A DNA stretch of 63,449 nt, counting the filler, from Basidiobolus meristosporus CBS 931.73 (Eukaryota; Fungi; Basidiobolomycota), in assembly GCA_002104905.1 (NCBI GenBank). It is 3 parts of 3 records of this genome, joined end to end, with 100 filler letters (N's around TTAATTAATTAA, not from the genome) between each part and the next. Parts side by side here need not be neighbours in the genome. Positions count along the whole stretch, not along the records: positions 1 to 27,227 come from MCFE01000907.1; 2 more parts are not named here. One strand, 5' to 3'. The stretch's first letter is position 1; each line of letters opens with the position of its first letter. A program made the position numbers and the translations under genes. The notes beneath the pieces were generated by a model, which saw only the letters and a list, made by a program, of their open reading frames with translations, searched no databases and had not been told where the DNA came from. Positions 12,652-23,337 of the stretch are shown in pieces.

Positions 12652-13384
12652 AATATGCCTGCAATTATCTCATCTGTAGGACAGTAAGCTAAGCTAACTA
12701 AGTTATTCTCCATAGCTTCATGTATGCTTAACATAAGCCTAGATCTTGAAAGAGCTTTCTTAACCGGATTGCTACTTTTGTAGCTTCACAGGCTGCCATA
12801 TACACTGCCTTTGTATTAGACAGTGCTATGGTTGGTTGCTTCCTTTGCTTCCAAAAATTGCCTCTTCATAGTAAAGAAAGGAGTATCCAGTGGTGAATAT
12901 TTTGTCTTCCAATCTTTGTGCTCAATCATCATCAGAGTATCCCACAAGATCTTATTCTAAATCCTGATAAGTGAATTTTAAGAAGATATCAGCAGTACCT
13001 TTCCAATATCTAAAAATCTGCTGAACTGATGCAATATGATCATATCCATAGTTCTGATTAAGCAGGCTGACAACTCCCAATAAATATGAAATATCTGGAC
13101 ATGATCTAAGCATGATATACATCAGATAGCCAGCCATAGATTGATAGCAAAACTCTGGACTTTCAGATGACACCAAGCTCACTTGATTTGGCTGAGTTTT
13201 GACCATGTTAAGGTTTGTCTCCATTGGGGTAGCTGCTAGTTTACAGTCTTCCATTTGGTACTACTTTGGTATTTCTTTAGTGCACCTGGATTGGCTTAGG
13301 GTGATAGTATGAGTGCTTCTGTATATGGAGAACTTTAGCCCTAGAAGTAACTGAGTTCTCCTAGATTGGACATCTTCAACTATT

Positions 13385-13560
13385 TCCCTATAAAAAACAA
13401 TCTAATACCTTAGGTGGATCAAATCCAGATCAGCTATCAAGATCCCAACAGGAGACCACAATAATGACACAGCTCAAAATTAATGACCATCTACATGATC
13501 TAGTGATGGGATCACAATGGCATTTTGATAATTTACAGCCAACTAAAGTTGATAAAATAT
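13385..13560. repeat. Dispersed repeat homologous to 40946-41140, probable DNA transposon end
   Basis: GGTGGATCAAATCCAGATCAGCTATCAAGATCCC... versus GGTGGATCCAATCCGGATCATCCGTCAAGATCCC..., roughly 65-70% by eye. Confidence 0.55.
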
Positions 13561-14913
13561 AACTGTGTTTGTACAGTGCATTGCCAAGGGTGGCATCGTG
13601 TTGTTGCTATCAAAGTGCGCTTTACAAATATTTGAGTGGATCTAACTTGATAATACATCCAATTGCCTTATATGGCAAATAAAAAGTTGGAGCATAGATT
13701 CTTGATTCTTTCACCATTTTCTCTCTCCACCATGGCTTTAAACTCTCTGAGCTAGGACAGAGCTTCTTCCTTTCTCTCCATGAACTAAATGCACATGTAT
13801 CTTGTATAATCATCAATAAAAGTAATCAAATACTTCATCCTACCTAAGGATAAATTTTGCATAGGCCCACACAGATCTGTGTGAATTAGATCTGGTTCGT
13901 ATTTTCAATTAACCCTGGGCTCCTGAACAGTTATCTGGCTTGTTTCCCATATATTCACGCTTCACAGTGCTCCAAATCAGCTGGGGATCAACTTTTACTC
14001 TGGAGATTAGCTGATCTTTGATCATTATGTGCAAATAATCAAAATTGATGTGACTAAAGCTGCCTTTCAGGTATTCTTTGCTGTTTTTGCTCTTCAGCGC
14101 TGAATTAGCATTTTGACTATAACATTAAGGCAAATGCAGTTAAAGGCACTTTGTTCTTTCTTCTGGTACTTCAGAGATCACTCTCCCTTATTTTAGGATA
14201 GCATTCTTCTCCCATGACAATATTCATCTGGCTTATTTCCTGTAGCAACACCTTCATCTTCACCCTCCTCACTTGATAGTGAGATTCATCCAACTTTTTA
14301 GTAGAGGGAAAATTTACAGTAATAGCAGTAGTAGAAATTGCAGAGAGCAGGAGCTTGGGGCTCAGAGCCTATTGTAAGACTCTTGGAGATGTTGAAAGTG
14401 ATTGGGAGTACAAGTAGACTATATGGCTTTCACTTCATGATTTACTAAATGTAAAGTAGTATTAATACTTCTCTATGATCTTAGCAAAACAAGCACATAG
14501 AATAGGCTTAAGAAGGTTCAAAGAACATGTGTGCAAAGTTTGGGGCTGTTGGACAACTTTGAGAGTTTTCATGCTCAGGGTACCTGATATTTTGGTGAAA
14601 ATATTGCAAGTAAATCCCAATAAGGATTTTGTACAGCACTCTTGAGGATGCAAAAAGAATAATTGAAGTGACCAAGGTAGGTGACTATTTAGGTAATATT
14701 ATAAATTTTTACAACAATTTCACACTCTTAACTTCCTGACTCAACCAATACCGTTACTTTTTGTGCACACAAATTGGTTTATCTCCATGGAGTCTTCAGT
14801 TGTGACTTAGTTACAAGTCAACTGCCCTATGCAAGTCTCCATACCCAACACTAACATTAGGCTCAACCACAAGCTACACATGTAACTCTATCAAGATCCA
14901 CCATTTAAAAAGT

Positions 14914-15161
14914 ATTTACCTAGAGTATTTTCACCATAATAACAGATACCCAGAACATAAAAATTCTTAAAGCTGTCCAAACAGCCCCCAACTTTGCACA
15001 CATGTTCTTGGGACCTTCCTTAACCTATCTTGCATGTTGGTAATGCCAAGACCAGGTAAAAGTATAAATACTACTTTTACATTCAATTAATCATCATGTG
15101 AGAACCACATAATCTACTTGTTCTCCCAATCACTTCCAATATCTCCAAGACTCTTACAACA
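14914..15161 (+). repeat. Partial copia LTR abutting internal pol sequence
   Basis: Matches the LTR 3' two-thirds, ends CTCTTACAACA and is followed directly by protease-region sequence rather than a PBS. Confidence 0.75.
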
Positions 15162-18100
15162 GAAAGAAGTACTCCATGTAGCAGAAATTGCCAACAACCT
15201 GCTATCTGTTAGCAAGGCCACAGCAGAAGGACTCAGTTTCAGCTTTGACAATTCTGAATGCAGGATTACTAATCAAAATGGTGCCTATATTGCTTTGGGT
15301 ATCAGAGATCAGAATCTATACAAGTTGACTTATATTCCATCATATTTGGAGGCCAATATAAGTAACAAGAATGAAGAAACACCAATACTTTGGCACAGCA
15401 GATTTGGACACATCAATTTTGATTATTTGTTTTACATGATCTAAGATCATCTAATTTTGAAGTACTGATCCTCAAGCTAATATGGAGCACCATAAAGCCT
15501 GCATATATGGGAAACAAGCCAGACAATCACTCAAGAGCTCTGGGCTTATCAAAGTAAGAAAAAATTAGATCTAATTTACTCAGATATATGTGGACACATG
15601 TAAACTTATCCTTTGGCAGGATGAGGTATTAAATCACTTGTATTGATGATTATACAAGACACACATGGGTCTACTTCATGGAGAAAAAGGAAGAATTACT
15701 GACTATGCTCAGAGAGCTTATAGCCATTGTGGAGAGAGAACTGGTGAAAAAAACTAGAAAATACACCCTGACATAGGTGGGGAATATACCTCAAAACTAT
15801 TCATCCACTTCTGCAAGATTCATGGGATAAAGCAAGAGATTACTGAGCCATATGTTGTAAGAGTCTTGGAGATATTGGAAGTGATTTGGAGATCAAGTAG
15901 AATATGTGGTTTTCACTTAACAATTTATTAAATGTAACAGTAGTATTTATACTTTTACCTGGTCTTGGCATTACAAGCATGTAGAATAGGTTAAGGAAGG
16001 TCCCAAGAACATGTGTGCAAAGTTTGGGGCTGTTTGGACAACTTTGAGAATTTTCATGTCCTGGGTACCTGGTATTTTGGTGAAAATGTTGTAAGTAAAT
16101 CCCAATAAGGAATTTGGTCAGTATTCTCTAGGATTTGAAGGTGATGATCTAAGTGGCTAAGTTAGGCAAATATTTAGGTGGAAATACAAATTTTTACAAC
16201 ACTACCACTCAGCTAAATGCTCATACTGACTAGTCCTAATTTTGACCTAAGATATTCAAACTTGTCTCCAGCTAATGGTTTGTAAATATGTCTGCAATCA
16301 TTTCATCTGTAGGACAGTAAGCTAAGCTAACCAAGTTATTTTCTATAGCTTCATGTATGAATTGATGTCTAATATCTATGTGCTTGGTTCTAGCATGAAA
16401 GGTTGGATTTCTACCTAACTGTATACATCCTTGATTATCTTGAAATAAAGTAATAGGCATCTTTTGACATGGGCCTAAATCTGTAAAAGCTTTCTTAGCC
16501 ACATTGCTTTTTTTGTAGCTTCACAGGCTGCCATGTACTCTGCCTCTGTGGTAGAAAGTGCTACAGTTGGTTGCTTTCTTGAATTCCATGAAATTGCTTC
16601 TTAACAGTAAAGAAAGATGTATCCTGTGGTGGATCTTCTGTCTTCCATATTTTGTCCCCAATCAACATCAGAGTATCCCACAAGATCCTGTTCTGAGTCC
16701 TTATAAGTGTATCTTAAGCAGATATCAGCAGTTCCTTTTAGGTATCTAAAAATCCGCTTAACTGCTGCAATATAATCAGATCCATAGTTCTGATTATGTT
16801 GGCTGACAACTCCCACTGAGTATGAGATATCTGGACGTGTTCCAAGCATAATATACATCTAGCTGCTCACCATAGATTGATGAGGAAAGTCAGGGCTTTC
16901 CAATGGCACCAAGCTCTCTTGATTTGGTTGAGTTTTGACCAAGTTAAGGTATGTCTCCATTGGGGTAGCTGCCTGTTGACAGTCTTCCATTTGGTACTTC
17001 TTTAGTATATCTTGAATATACTTGGATTGGCTTAGGGTGATAGTCTAGGTACTTCTGTCTATAGAGAACTTAATCCCTAAGTAGTAATTGAGTATTCCTA
17101 GATTGGACATCTTGAGCTCCTTAGATATGCTGGATTTAGTCTCTTCCAATGTTTCTAGGTTATTGACGGCTATAATAAGATCATCCACATATAGAGCTAA
17201 TAGAACTGGATTTGCTCTATCTGGCTTATAGTATATACTATAGTCAGCATTACTCCTTTTGAAACTCAAAGATTCCAAGTATGAATCTATCTTGCAATTT
17301 CAGGCTCACAGTGATTGTTTGAGACCATATAGCAATTTTTTAAGCTTGCAGACCAAATGGGGGTTATCTTGGTCAACAAACCCATCAGGCTGGTCCATAT
17401 ACACATCCTCATCAAGTTCTCCATTCAAGAATGCAGTTTTTGCATCCATTTGATGAATAAAAAGCTTATATTTGGCTGCAATAGCCAATATTAATCTGAT
17501 GGAATTTAACTTGGCTACCAGTGCAAAGGTCTCAGTATAGTCAAGTCCTTTTGTTTAAGAGTATTCTTTGGCTACAAGTCTTGCTTTGTATCTCTCAGTT
17601 GTACCATCAGCCTTGTATTTTGTCTTGAAGAGCCATCTATATCCAATTGATTTTTGGTTGACTGGTAATTTGACTAAGTCCCAAGTTTGATTTTCCATCA
17701 GGGCCTGATATTCCTCAATCATTGCAGATCTCCAAAACTTTGTCTGAGGGCTATCTAAGGCCTCTTTTACAGTCTGGGGTTCATCAAAATGGACCAAATA
17801 GGCATAGGCTAAGATTGTACCCTCATTGATATAGTAATTTGCGCTATTTCTTGTCCAATTGGATCTCCGGGTATTTGATACTCACATGATCACTTCTGGG
17901 ATATTCCTGGGCACTGATTCTGGCTGAACCACGGTTGTAGAGTCCTCTGGAGTGAAAAAATTTCATTGTTTTGCTCTGATTCAATCCTGACAATTGGTGG
18001 ACTTGAGATCAGATTTTTGTCATCATCTGATGTCACTTTTTGTGAAAATTTGGAATTTTCATCAAACAACACATCCCAGGACTTGATCAGCTTCTTTGCT

Positions 18101-18345
18101 TTGGTATTGTAGAGTCCGTATGCCTTACTCTCATTGCAGTAGCCCAAAAATATACATTTTACACTTTTTAGCTCCAATTTTGACTGATTTCCGGCCAGTT
18201 TTTTGGCATATGCTGTACATCCAAATATTCTTAGATGTTATACACTTGGTCTGTATCCATACCATGCTTCAAATGGAGTAGAATCATGAAGTATTCTGTT
18301 ATAGCTCCTTTTTTTAAGGTATACAGCAGTGGCAACTGATTCCGC

Positions 18346-19149
18346 TGTGGTAGGGTAAACATACCTCCCACAGACAAGTTTATTCATATAGTCATTATGA
18401 TATACTTATCCATATTTTATCTTATCAGTATTATTCCATTCTTCTTTTGCCCATATTATCAGTATTATCCCCATATGTTGTTTACCCTGATTAGTTATTA
18501 GCATTAGTTATCCCAGATGTTATTCAGCTTTGTGATCAGTAGATGTATCTATATAAGGCAAGTACCCGCGTCAGTACCCGTGACACATGAACTAGGTCTG
18601 TGTTACCATCCCTACCATTTCAATACCATATATGGTATTTCTATGTTGCACAGGTTTCAGACTACTGATTCCTGATTGGTTGAGAGTGCTGTGCCTTTTA
18701 GAACCTTCCAGGACATTCTTGGCATATTTTTAGCTCATAGTGATGTCATCAAGAATTCCACTGATACCTAGAATCTTCTAGAACCTTGTCATTAGTAATC
18801 ACTTGGCAATCAGGAAAAGTATTTAAGGGAAAGCAATCCCTCATCAATAAATCATCCCTTCTATCAGTAACACTTCTACCTTATTGATTAGCAGTTGATC
18901 ACTGCACCTGCCTTCAACAGTACATCTCAGACCTGCCATCAAGGAGCTTTTCAGGGTAGTGCACAAGACACACAGAGGCCTTTGGAGACACTTGGAGCAC
19001 CTAGGAAGCTAGAGAAGCAGGAGCTTTTACCATAGTGACATATTGACAAAGACACCAGCAGTTTAGACACAGAGGTTATTGCACCCATCAGACACCTCAC
19101 ACACCTTGAGTTGTGTAGCTTCTCCCAGGAGTACCTCTACACCACCACA
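18346..19149 (+). mobile_element. Solo LTR of the Gag-protease element (804 bp)
   Basis: Reverse complement of 1488-2291 with about ten substitutions. 4-bp TSD CCGC (18342-18345, 19150-19153). Confidence 0.93.
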
Positions 19150-20979
19150 CCGCCCAAAAATCATAGGATAATTTTTGATCATGGATCATAGATCTTGCCA
19201 TATCAATTATTGATCTGTTAGCACGTTCTGCTACTCCATTTTGCTGTGGGGAGTATGGTACAGTAGTCTCTTGCTTTATCCCATGAATTTTGCAGAAGTG
19301 GATGAAGAGTTTTGAGGTATATTCTCCACCATTGTCAGAGGGTATTTTCTTGATTTTTTCACCAGTTTCTCTCTGCACCATAGCTTTAAACTCCCTGAGC
19401 TTAGACAGAGCCTCTTCCTTTCTCCCCATGAAGTATACCCATGTGTATCTTGTATAATCATCAATAAAAGTGATTAAATACTTCATCCCGCCTAAGGATA
19501 AATTTTGCTTAGGTCCACACAGATCTGAGTGAATTAGATCTAATTTTTCTTAGTTTTGATTAACCCAGAGCTCTTGAACAGTTGTCTGGCTTGTTTCCCA
19601 TATATGCAGGCTTCACAGTGCTCCAAATTAGCTGGGGTATCAATTTTCACTCCAGAAATTAGCTGATCTTTGATCATTTTACACAAATAATCAAAATTGA
19701 TGTGTCCAAATCTCCTGTGCCAGAGCATTGGTGCTTCTTCATTTGAGTTACTTATATTGGCTTCCAAATATGATTGAATATAAGTCAACTTGTCTAGATT
19801 CTGATCTCTGATGCCTGAAGCAATATGGGCACCATTTTGATCAGTGATCCTGCATCCAGAATTGTCAAAACTGAAACTGAGTTCTTCTGCTGTGGCCTTG
19901 CTTACAGAGAGTAGGTTCTTGGCTATTTCTGGTACATAGAGTACTTCTTTAAAGGCAGTGTATGGCTTCCTGCACTGCTTCTAAGGTTTACCTGGATAGT
20001 TCCTTCTCCCACTGCATCAAGTGTTCTATTGTCACCCATGAAAACCTTCTTAATTGGAATTTCCTGATATTGGGTAAAAAGTTCTTTTTGGTGTGTAAAG
20101 TGTTGAGAAGCTCCAGAGTCAATAAACCACATCTGAGAATCCTTGTTTGTGGTCATATTTAGTGCAGATATGAATAGTCTATCTTCAGTTGTTGCAGCAT
20201 TTCCATATTCAGTCTTCTTTTGCTGATAATCTCTCTTTTTGAGACACTGGCCTGATGTGTGTCCTTTCCTTTTGCAGTAGTTGCAAAACAGGTTGCTGTT
20301 GCATTTGTAGGGTCTTGGGTACCTCCTTTGTTGGTTATCATTGCTTATTAAAGCATTTTCTTCTTCCTTCTTATTGGTGCTTGATTTTCTTAATTCTTCA
20401 TCCAGGAGCCTTCCACATACGTAATTTAAGGTCAAATCTTCAGTTCTGGACTCTAGGGCAGAAACAAGGCCCTGAAACTCATCTGTCAGGCTATTGAGGA
20501 TGGTAACTACCACATCCTCATCAGTAGTTGGTATGCCCACAGATTCCATCTCATCTACCAGTAGGGTAATTCTGTTAATTAGATTTTTCATTTCTTCTCC
20601 TGGCAGCATCTTTGTAGTAAAGAATTTTTATCTCAGATACATCTTCTTGGCAGCTGAACATGACTGGTAGGTGTCTTCTAATGCTTTCCAGGCATTCTTT
20701 GCTGTTTTTGCTCTTGAGCATTGAATTAGCAATTTGTCCTTGACATTAAGGCAAATACAGTTAAAGGCACTTTGTTCCCTCTCCTGGTACTTTAAGGCTT
20801 CCTCTCCCACATTTTTAGGAGGGCATTCTTCTCCCATGACAATATCCCAAAGGCCTCTTTCTTGTAGCAGCATCTTCATCTTCACCTTCCACACTTGGTA
20901 GTTAGAGCCATCCAACTTTTCAGCAGAGGGAAAAATTTCAGTAATAGCAGTAGTAGACATTGCAGAGAGTGACAGCTCG

Positions 20980-20991
20980 GGGCTCATAACC
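20980..20991 (-). promoter_or_regulatory. PBS complementary to the anticodon arm of initiator tRNA-Met (half-tRNA priming)
   Basis: GGTTATGAGCCC directly after the LTR CA, the Ty5/copia (Hemivirus)-type PBS. Also present at 27744-27755 and 30708-30719. Confidence 0.85.
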
Positions 20992-23337
20992 TGTTGTAAG
21001 AGTCTTGGAGATATTGGGAGTGATTTGGAGAACAAGTAGATTATGTGGTTTTCACTTAATGATTTATTGAATGTAAAAGTAGTATTTATACTTTTACATG
21101 GTCTTGGCATTACAAACACATAGAATAGGTTAAGGAAGGTCCCAAGAGCATGTGTGCAAAGCTTGGGGCTGTTTGGACAACTTTGAGAATTTTCATGTTC
21201 TGGGTACCTGGTATTTTGGTGAAAATATTCTAAGTAAATCCCAACAAGGAATTTGGTCAGTATTCTCTAGGATCTGAAGATGATGATCTAAGTGACTAAG
21301 TTAGGTGAATATTTAGGTGTAAATATGAATTTTTACAACACCATACCCCCCACAGCAAAATGGAGCAGCAGAATGTGCAAAAAGATCAATAATTGCTATG
21401 GCAAGATCTATAATCCATGATCAAAAATTATCCTATGATGTTGGTAGGAATCAGTTGCCACAGCAGTATACCTGAAAAATAGGAGCTATAACAGAATACT
21501 TTGTAATTCTACTCCACTTGAAGCATGGTATGGATATAGACCAAGTGCAGAACATCTAAGAGTATTTCAGTGCACAGTATATGCCAAGAAACTGCCTGGA
21601 AATTAGTCAAAGGTTGAGCCAGAAGGTGAAAATGCATACTGTTGGACTACTGCAATGAGAGTAAAGTATACAGACTCAACAATACCAAAGCATAGATGCT
21701 CATCAAGTCCACAGATGTGTTGATTGATCAAAATTCAAACTTTGCACAAAATTGACATAAGATGATGGCAAAAATCTGACCTCAAGTCCACCAATTTTCA
21801 GGATTGAATCAGAGCAAAACAACGCACTTTTTGCACTCCAGAGAGCTCTACAACCTTGGTTCAGCCTGAATCAGTGCCCAGCAATATCACCAAAGAGATT
21901 ATTCTGGTATAAAATGCCCAGAGATCTAACACGACTAGAAATAGCCAAAATTACTAGATTAATTAGGGTACAAATTTAGCCTATGCCTATTCAGTCCATA
22001 TTGCTCAGCCACAAACTGTAGAATAGGCCCTAAATAGCCCTCAGATAAAGTTTTGCAGGTCTGCAAGGACTGAGGAATACCAGGCCCCAATGGAAAATCA
22101 AACTGGGAACTTAGTTAAGTTCCCAGTCAATCAAATGGATGCAGATGGATCTTTAAGTCAAAGTACAAGGGTAATGGTACAATTGAAAGATACCGAATAA
22201 GACTTGTAGCCAAATGATACTCTCAAACAAAAGGACCTGACTATACTGAGCCCATTGGACTGGTAGCCAAGTTTAATTCCATCAGATTAATATTGGCTAT
22301 TGCAACCAAATAAAAGTTTTTATACATCAAATGGATGTTAAAACTGCATTTGAATGGAGACCTTGATGAGGACATGTATATGAACAAGCCTGATGGGTTT
22401 CTTGACCAAGATAAGCCTCATTTGGTCTGCAAGTTTGAATAGTCTCTATATGGACTCAGACAATCACCAAGAGCCTGGAATTGCAATATAGATTCTTATT
22501 TGGAATCTTTGAGTTTCAAAAGGAGTAACTCTGACTATGATATATACTATAAGCCAGATAGAGCAAAGCCAGCTCTGTTAGCTCTATATGTGGACAATCC
22601 TATTATAGCTGCCAATAACCTTGATACATTCAAAGAGACTAAATCCAGCCTATCTAACAAGTTCAAGATGTCCAATCTAGGAGAACTCAGTTACTACTTA
22701 GGGATAATGTTCTCCATAGACAAAAATACACAGACTATCACCCTAAGCCAATCCAGGTATAATTAAGATATACTAAAGAAGTACCAAATGGAACACTGTA
22801 AACCAGCAGCTACCCCAACAGAGATGGACCTTCACTTGGTCAAAACTCAACCAGACCAAGAGAGCTTGGTGTCATCTGAAGGCCCTGAGTTTCCTTATCA
22901 ATCTATGACCAGCAGTCTGATGTATATTGTGCTTGGAACATGTCCAGATATCTTATACACAGTGGGAGTTGTCAGCCAGCATAATCAGAACTATGGATCT
23001 GGTCATATTGCAGCAGTTAAGCAGATTTTTAGATACCTAAAAGGAACTGCTGATATCTAATTAAGATACACTAATATGAACTCAGTTCAGGATCTTGTGG
23101 GATACTCTGATGCTGATTGGGGATGGAATTTGGAAGTCAGAAAATCCACTACTGGATACACCTTTCTTTAATGTAAAGAAGCAATTTTGTGGAATTCAAG
23201 AAAGCAAGCAACCATAGCACCTTCTATCACAGAGGCAGAGTATATGGCAGTCTGTGAAGCTATAAAGCAAGCAATGTGGTTAAGGAAGCTTTTTAAAGAT
23301 TTAAGCTTATGTCAAAAAACACCTAATACTTTATTTC

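Larger units (their letters stand above)
10202..14716 (-). mobile_element. Highly decayed copia copy interrupted by DNA elements
   Basis: 3' LTR 10202-10548 with PPT and pol end. RT/RNaseH 12652-13380, integrase ~13620-13880, gag ~14060-14350. Degenerate PBS, then 5' LTR 14370-14716. That these pieces form one element is inferred. Confidence 0.65.
15853..21340 (-). mobile_element. Full-length copia element (decayed ORF) with TSD
   Basis: LTRs 15853-16201 and 20992-21340, perfect TSD CCATA (15848-15852, 21341-21345), PBS 20980-20991. Gag starts MSTTAITEIF; pol is fragmented. Confidence 0.93.
15162..23337 (+). pseudogene. Old plus-strand copia host (15162-15852 and 21341-23337), target of two younger copia insertions
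   Basis: Decayed GAG-pre-integrase, integrase, RT and RNaseH. The integrase PY|SPQQNG motif is split at CCATA, and the copy is cut again at 23337. Confidence 0.85.
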
